From positions 90,101,603 through 90,157,361 of the forward strand of contig NC_057719.1 in assembly GCF_004010195.1 (NCBI RefSeq): 55,759 nt of DNA, written 5' to 3'. A program made the translations under genes and the position numbers. Shown piece after piece: positions 49,913-55,759 of this stretch; the stretch's first letter is position 1, and each line of letters begins with the position of its first letter. The notes beneath the pieces are model-generated. The model was not told the origin of the DNA. It saw only the letters and a list, made by a program, of their open reading frames with translations, and made no database searches. The stretch comes from Chiloscyllium plagiosum. Taxonomy: Eukaryota.

Positions 49913-50004
49913 AGAGAGAGAGAGAGAGAGAGAGTAAGATCCGAGAGAGGGAAGACAGAGGGAGAGAGAGTAAGATCCGAGAGAGGGAAGACAGAGGGAG
50001 AGAG
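49913..50004 (+). repeat. (GA)n microsatellite plus 36-bp tandem duplication
   Basis: TAAGATCCGAGAGAGGGAAGACAGAGGGAGAGAG starts at both 49935 and 49971. Confidence 0.85.
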
Positions 50005-50219
50005 GATGATTGAGTGATGCAATTGAGTGACAGCGAGCACGAATGAATGAGCAAGTGAGTAGGTTTGAGTGAGTGTGATTGAAAGGGCAGAGGCAGGAAG
50101 AGAGAGAGAGAGAACGGAGAGGGGACAGAGAGTTAAGTTGTGACAGTGAATAGAGCACTATTAAAGACAAAAGCAGTAGCACAGAAAAGTAACTTGTGCG
50201 AATAAAGCAGAACTGGTGG

Positions 50220-52308
50220 AAATATTGGACCTAGATTTCCAAAAAGACATTCATACAATGCCTTAGCAAAGATTATTGCAGTAAATAAAACTCGAGGTGT
50301 AGTGGGTGACATACTGGTATTGGTGGCTGGCTAGCAGGAAGCAGAGAGAAGTGAGTGTTTTTCAGGCTAGCAAGATGTCAAGGGTGGTGTGGTACTGGGC
50401 TCGGTGCTGGAGCCAATTTATGTCAATGATCTGGAGGAACGGACTGAAGGTATGGGAGCTAAATTTGCTGGTGACACAAAGATAGGTAGGAAAGTAGTAA
50501 AGAGGGCACAAAACAATGTGGATCGACTCAGGGAGTGGACAAATATCTGTCAAATGGAGCACAATGTAGAAATGTCCATTTTGGCAACGAGAGTAAAAAA
50601 AAATCTCAATGGTGAGAGGTTACAGATCTCCACGATACAGAGAAATGCGTGTGTCCTAGTTAGTTATACAGCTACAGCAAATAATCAGGAAAATTCATAG
50701 AATATTATGTTTCATCGTGAGGGGATTTGAATTTGAGTAGGGAGGTTGTGTAGAGCATTAGTGAGACCATGTCTGGAACGCTGTGTGCAGTGCAGTAATG
50801 GCACCTACAGAAGGATGTTAATGCATTGGAAGCAGGTCAGAGAAGGTTTACTGGACTAATACATGGAATGGGTTAATTGCCTTATGAGGTGAGGGGAGGC
50901 CTGTATCCGGACTCTGGAGTTTAGAAGAGTCAGAGATAATTGAAACATCTAAGATCCTGAGGGAACTTGACCAGAAAGCATGTTTCCTCTTGTCGCAGAA
51001 TGTAGAATTAGGGGCCATAGTTTAAAAATAAGGGGTCACCCATTTAAAACAGAAATTAGGAAAGGTACGTTTTCTCTCTCAGAGGGTTAAGAGCCTTTGG
51101 ATTTCCCTCCTCAAAAGGCATTTGATTTAGAATCCAAATATTTTTAACGTGGATGGACTCTTGATTAACCAAGCGGCTGAAAGAATATTGGGGACATTCA
51201 GGGATGAAGAGCTGAGGTTAAAATCAAATCAGCCGTGACGAGTGGAGCAGGCTTGAAGGACCGAGTGGTCTGTTCCTGTTCATTGTTTGTACATTCGTGT
51301 GAGACTGACAGGTTGCTGAAGGGCATGGATAGAAGGCAGATGGGGTTCAATGAAGGGAAGCGTGTGGTGATACACTTTGGATGGAAGAACATTGAAAGCC
51401 AATATAAAATAGGGGGTGCAATTCTAAAGTGGGTGCAGAAGCAGGTGCCTCAAGGTGGCAGGACAGGTGAAGAGAGCAATTAATAAAGCAGACAGTTTTG
51501 TTCGCTTTATTCATAGGGGCAAAGAGTACAAGAGAAAGGAGGTGATGCTGAACTTGGACAAGATGCTAATTAGGCCTCAGCTGGAGCGTTGTGAGCACTA
51601 CATTATAGGACAGATGTGGACAACTGTGACAATACAGAAGGAATTTACAAGAATGGTTCCAGGAATGAGGAAGTTCAGCGATGAGGATAGATTGAAGGAG
51701 TTGTGACTGATCTCCTCGTCCTTCGAGAGAGAGATCTGACAGAGTTTTGCAAAATCATGAACAGACTGGATAGAGTAAACGGGGAGAAGCAGTTCCAGTT
51801 TGTAAAAGGAATAAGAATTAGAGGGAATAGATATCAAGTGTTTTTTTTTAGATTAGATTACTTACAGTGTGGAAACAGGCCCTTCGGCCCAACAAGTCCA
51901 CACCGACCCGCCGAAGCGCACCCACCCAGACCCATTCCCCTACACCTAGCACTACGGGCAATTTAGCGTGGCCAATTCACCTAACCTGCACATTTTTGGA
52001 CTGTGGGAGGAAACCGGAGTACCTGCAGGAAACCCAAGTGTTGTGCAAAAGAATCAAGGGTGAAGTGAGAAAAATGTTTTCACCCAGTGAGTAGCTGTGG
52101 AACAAATTGCACTGCCTGGAAATCTGGTGAAAGCAGATTCAGTGAAGTATTCAGGAGGATACTGGATGGTTATTTGGATAGAAATAGTTTGCTGGATTAT
52201 GGGGAAAAGACAGGAGATTGACACCAGGTAGTATGCTCATTTAACAAGCCAGTACAGGCATGATGGGCTGAATGGCCTTCTGCGTCATCACAATTCTGTG
52301 ATTCTGAG
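50220..52308 (+). mobile_element. Two old CR1 3' fragments; the second has a partial HE1 SINE (minus, ~51848-52035)
   Basis: GSVLEP..YVNDLEE..KFAGDTKIG, then VMLNLDKMLIRPQLE...QKEFTRMVPGM. Confidence 0.75.
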
Positions 52309-54139
52309 AGGGGAGGACCATAATGGGAAGGCGAGCACTGACACGCACTAACTGAAACCTGCTTGTTCACTCGCTCACTTTCCCACTCACTCACTCGTGC
52401 TCACTCAAACCTACTCGCTCACACTCTTGCTCACCCACTCATGCTCAATCACACTCACTCAAACCTACTCCCTTGCTCACACACTGAGCACTGAGCTGGT
52501 GGTGAGCTGCCTTCGTGAACCACTGCAGCCCGTGGACTGTATAGACCCACATTGCCCTTAGGAGGGAATCCCAGGATTTTGACCTGGAGACACAGAAGGG
52601 ATGGTGATATATTTCCAAGTCAGCATGGTTAGAAGCTTGGAGGAGACCTTACAGGAGGTGGTGTTTCCATGTACCTAATGCCTATGTTCTTCTAGATAGA
52701 AGGTGCTGATCGAAGAACCTTGGTGAATATCTGAAGTGCAACTTGTACTGCACCTACCGAGTGTCAGTGGTGGAGAGAGTGGATGTTGAAGCTAGTGGAT
52801 AGAGCACTGATTGAGTAGGACTGCTTTGTTCTGGACGTACAACACGAAACCAACTTATTCTTTTTATCTTACTGTTTGTGTGATCCTGCTGTGCAAATAA
52901 TTGTCAAATTTCCTACAGTGACAAATCCACTTCAAGGTAATCCAATGGCTATCAAGTGCATGGACTTGGTGTTGCCAATGGAATGGTTCCGGAGTGGAGA
53001 ATTTGACCTCCATCTCCTGATGCTGCCTGCCTTGCTGTGTTCTTCCAGCCTCCTGCTTGTCTGTCTTGGATTCCAGTATCTGCAGTTTCTTTCCTCTCTC
53101 TGAATGTAGAGGAACACAGTAGGGTGGGGATGTATGGAAGAGCAGTTTCACCCAGTGGGTGGTAACAATGTAGAGGAGGGTGCCCATGAGGGGGCCTGGA
53201 GGTTGTGACGTTTGGTGGTTTCACAAGGAAATTGGATGACAACTCGTGGGAAATAAGTTTCTAAAGCCTACGGGGTGAGAACTCAGAAAAGGGACTGAGC
53301 GGCTTGCTCTGGGGTAACTCAGTGGGCTGAATGGCCTCCTATATCGTTACAACTCTTGGACCCTGTCTGAAAGGTGGCTCAGGAACGTAAGTCTGTTTTA
53401 AGCTGGTCGTGAAGGTGTGAAAGTACACTGCCGATAACTTGAGTAACCAGCTAACAAGTGAGCATCTGAGCAAATTTAAGTCTTTTACAAGTTTACCAAT
53501 TAGCACCCAGCAAGTATAACCACTTTCCTTTTCTCTTTTACATTGTTTACAGCTGAGAATTCTGTGTGAATTAGATGCATTAAAACTTTTGATAAATTGT
53601 GATGTAAAATCACCTTTCCATATCCTAGAAGACTTATCTTACGTGTATTATTGTGTCATCTGCAAAGTCAGGAGGAGCCAAATGCTGAATGATTTTTAAC
53701 CTTTAGTTAAAATGTGCATTCTGAGCAATAGCTTGTAGTTTTAAGCAATCTCCAGTTTCCACTCTGAGTAGTGCAAATGCTTGATTAGTTTTGGCATCAC
53801 GTTGTCCCTTGTCCCTTTAACGTATAATTTTACACACTACCTTGCTCAGTGCACCATAGTTCCCTCATGTCCAGGATTGTGATGTTAGGGACTGGGACTT
53901 CTCGTTGAGCTGCATGGACAGAGAGAAATGCTTCAGCTCATTTCTGGTCTCAGAGCTGCTCTTACAGACTTGTTTGTTCTCGAGCTGAGTTTTGGGCGGG
54001 TCTGCTGAGATATTTGTAATAGTTGCCTTGGTTCCAAGTGTGCTCTGTTAACATTGCATTGCCCAGTGAAGGCATTGACTACCCAGGGGTTTTCGACAAC
54101 TGCATTGATGCAGTGCCTTAACATTTGTCCTAATTCCTA

Positions 54140-55222
54140 AAGAGGTGACCAAGGTGAGGATAGGGCAATTGATGTGGTTTGCATAGATTTCAGCAAAGCC
54201 TTTGGCAAGGGGCCACATGGGAAAACTGATAAAGAAGGTAAAAGCTCATGGGATCCAGGGTTAATTGGCAAGTTGGATCCAAATTGGCTTGATAGGATGG
54301 TGTGACTGGAAGCCAATGTCCAGTGGTATACCACTGGATCTGGTGCTGGGTCCCTTATTATTCGTGATATCTATAAACAACGTGGGTGAGAAAGTGGGTG
54401 AGGGATGATTAACAAGTTTGTGGATGACACGACGATTGGCCAGGTGGTTGACAGTGAGGAGGAAGGTTATAGCAGGATTAAAAATGGGATGGTCAGATTG
54501 GGTAGATAGAATTTAACCCTGATAACTGTGATGGGATGCACTTTGGAAGAAGTACCAAAACAAAGGATTACTCAAAGAATGGCAGGACACTAGGAAGCTC
54601 ATAGAGGATCTTCGGGTATTTGACCACAGGTGCCTAAAGATGACAGGGCAAAGTAATAGGGTAGTTGGGAAGACATTCGGGACTCTCATCCTTATTGCTC
54701 GGGACATAGATTATAAGAGCAGGGAGGTTATGTTGGAGTTGTTTCGGATTTTGGTGAGGCCACAGCTGGAGTAATATGTGCAGCTCTGATCTCCGCAGTA
54801 TGAGGAGGATGTGATTGCACTGGAGGGAGGTGCAGAGGACATTCACCAGGCTGTTGTCTGGGATGGAGCATTTCCGGGATGAAGAGAGACTGGTTTGTTT
54901 TCTCTGGAGCAGAGGAGATGTGTGGGGGTAAGCAGGAGGTACCTGAGAGAGGTGTCTAAGATTATGAGGGGCATGAACAGGGTGGATAGAGAGCAGCTGT
55001 ACCCTTTAGTCAAAGGGTCAATAGCAAGGGGACATCATTTTGAAGTTGAGGTTTTGAGCGATTTGAAGAAAATAATTATTTTCACCCAGAGGTTGGTGGG
55101 GATCCACTTCGGACTGTAGTTGAGGCAGGAAACCTCATGACCTGTAAAAAGTATTTTGATGAGCATTTGGGTGAGTATCTGGGTGGGTTGAAGTGCCTCT
55201 CCTGTGTTATGTGATTCTATGA
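54140..55222 (+). mobile_element. Old CR1 RT/3' fragment
   Basis: DFSKAFGK, GSGAGSL relic, KFVDDT and FSLEQRR...KIMRGMNRVD. Confidence 0.78.
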
Positions 55223-55426
55223 CCAGTACTGGGAGAACTCTGTCCAAGGGGTCAGAACGAGGGAGGGAGGGGGGTGAAATCTCTGTCCCGGGGCCAGAAC
55301 TGGGGTTTTGGGGGGGGGTAAGTCTCTGTCCAGGGGACAAAGCTGGGAGGAGGGGGGGAGCACTGACATGTAGAGAAGTGATCAGGAACTGGGTGATGAT
55401 GTCAGATGTTTTTCCCTGAGGGGTAT

Positions 55427-55759
55427 TAGAGTCATAGAGATGTACAGCATGGAAACAGACCCTTCAGTCCAACCCGTCCATGCTGACCAGATATCTCAAC
55501 CCAAATTAGTCCCACCTGCCAGCACCCGGCCCATATCCCTCCAAACCCTTCCTATTCATATACCCATCCAAATGCCTCTTAAATGTTGCAATTGTACCAG
55601 CCTCCACCACATCCTCTGACAGCTCATTCCATACAGGTACCACCCTCTGCATGAAAAAGTTCCCCCTTAGGTCTCTTTTATATCTTTCCCCTCTCACCCT
55701 AAACCTATGCCCTCTAGTTCTGGACTACCCTACCCCAGGGAAAAGACTTTGTCTATTTA
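55427..55759 (-). mobile_element. Young CR1/HER1-type LINE 3' end, running off the window
   Basis: RGERYKRDLRGNFFMQRVVPVWNELSEDVVEAG, near-identical to 26530-26865. Confidence 0.9.

Noticed and set aside
53521..53620. Strong-looking splice acceptor (pyrimidine tract plus AG at 53551-53552) as a coding exon of the next gene
   Set aside because: No recognisable reading frame follows and nearby ATGs hit stops at once. It cannot be supported without RNA data.

Overview
Repeat-dense vertebrate genomic DNA, most likely from a shark. This is inferred from the HE1-type V-SINEs, CR1/HER1-type LINEs and Penelope-like fragments. The only host protein-coding sequence I can support is the last three coding exons of presenilin-1 (+ strand: 1940-2122, 5395-5513, 6928-7083, with the GLGD and PAL motifs). 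Downstream lies a stack of nested elements. Two opposed Gypsy relics sit at ~9800-12315. A Gmr1-like LTR retrotransposon (SCAN-type gag, PR-IN-RT order, tRNA-Pro primer site) spans 12316-~23311. It carries a near full-length disabled L1 and an HE1 SINE in its 5' LTR and a probable solo LTR in pol. Further on are many CR1-group LINE pieces, a full-length degenerate 5S rRNA copy (27684-27803), foldback Penelope-like elements carrying minimal hammerhead-ribozyme motifs, three tandem Tx1-like units sharing one 5' junction (39601-43825), a ~30-bp minisatellite, and a CpG-rich candidate promoter/first exon near 48800-48985. There are four assembly gaps (16632-17068, 34631-34651, 46251-46856, 48294-48332). 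Repeat boundaries are read by eye and are approximate unless a target-site duplication is given. I found no convincing wholly new gene system. The most interesting signals are the hammerhead-bearing foldback elements, the rearranged Gmr1-like element and the Tx1-like array.
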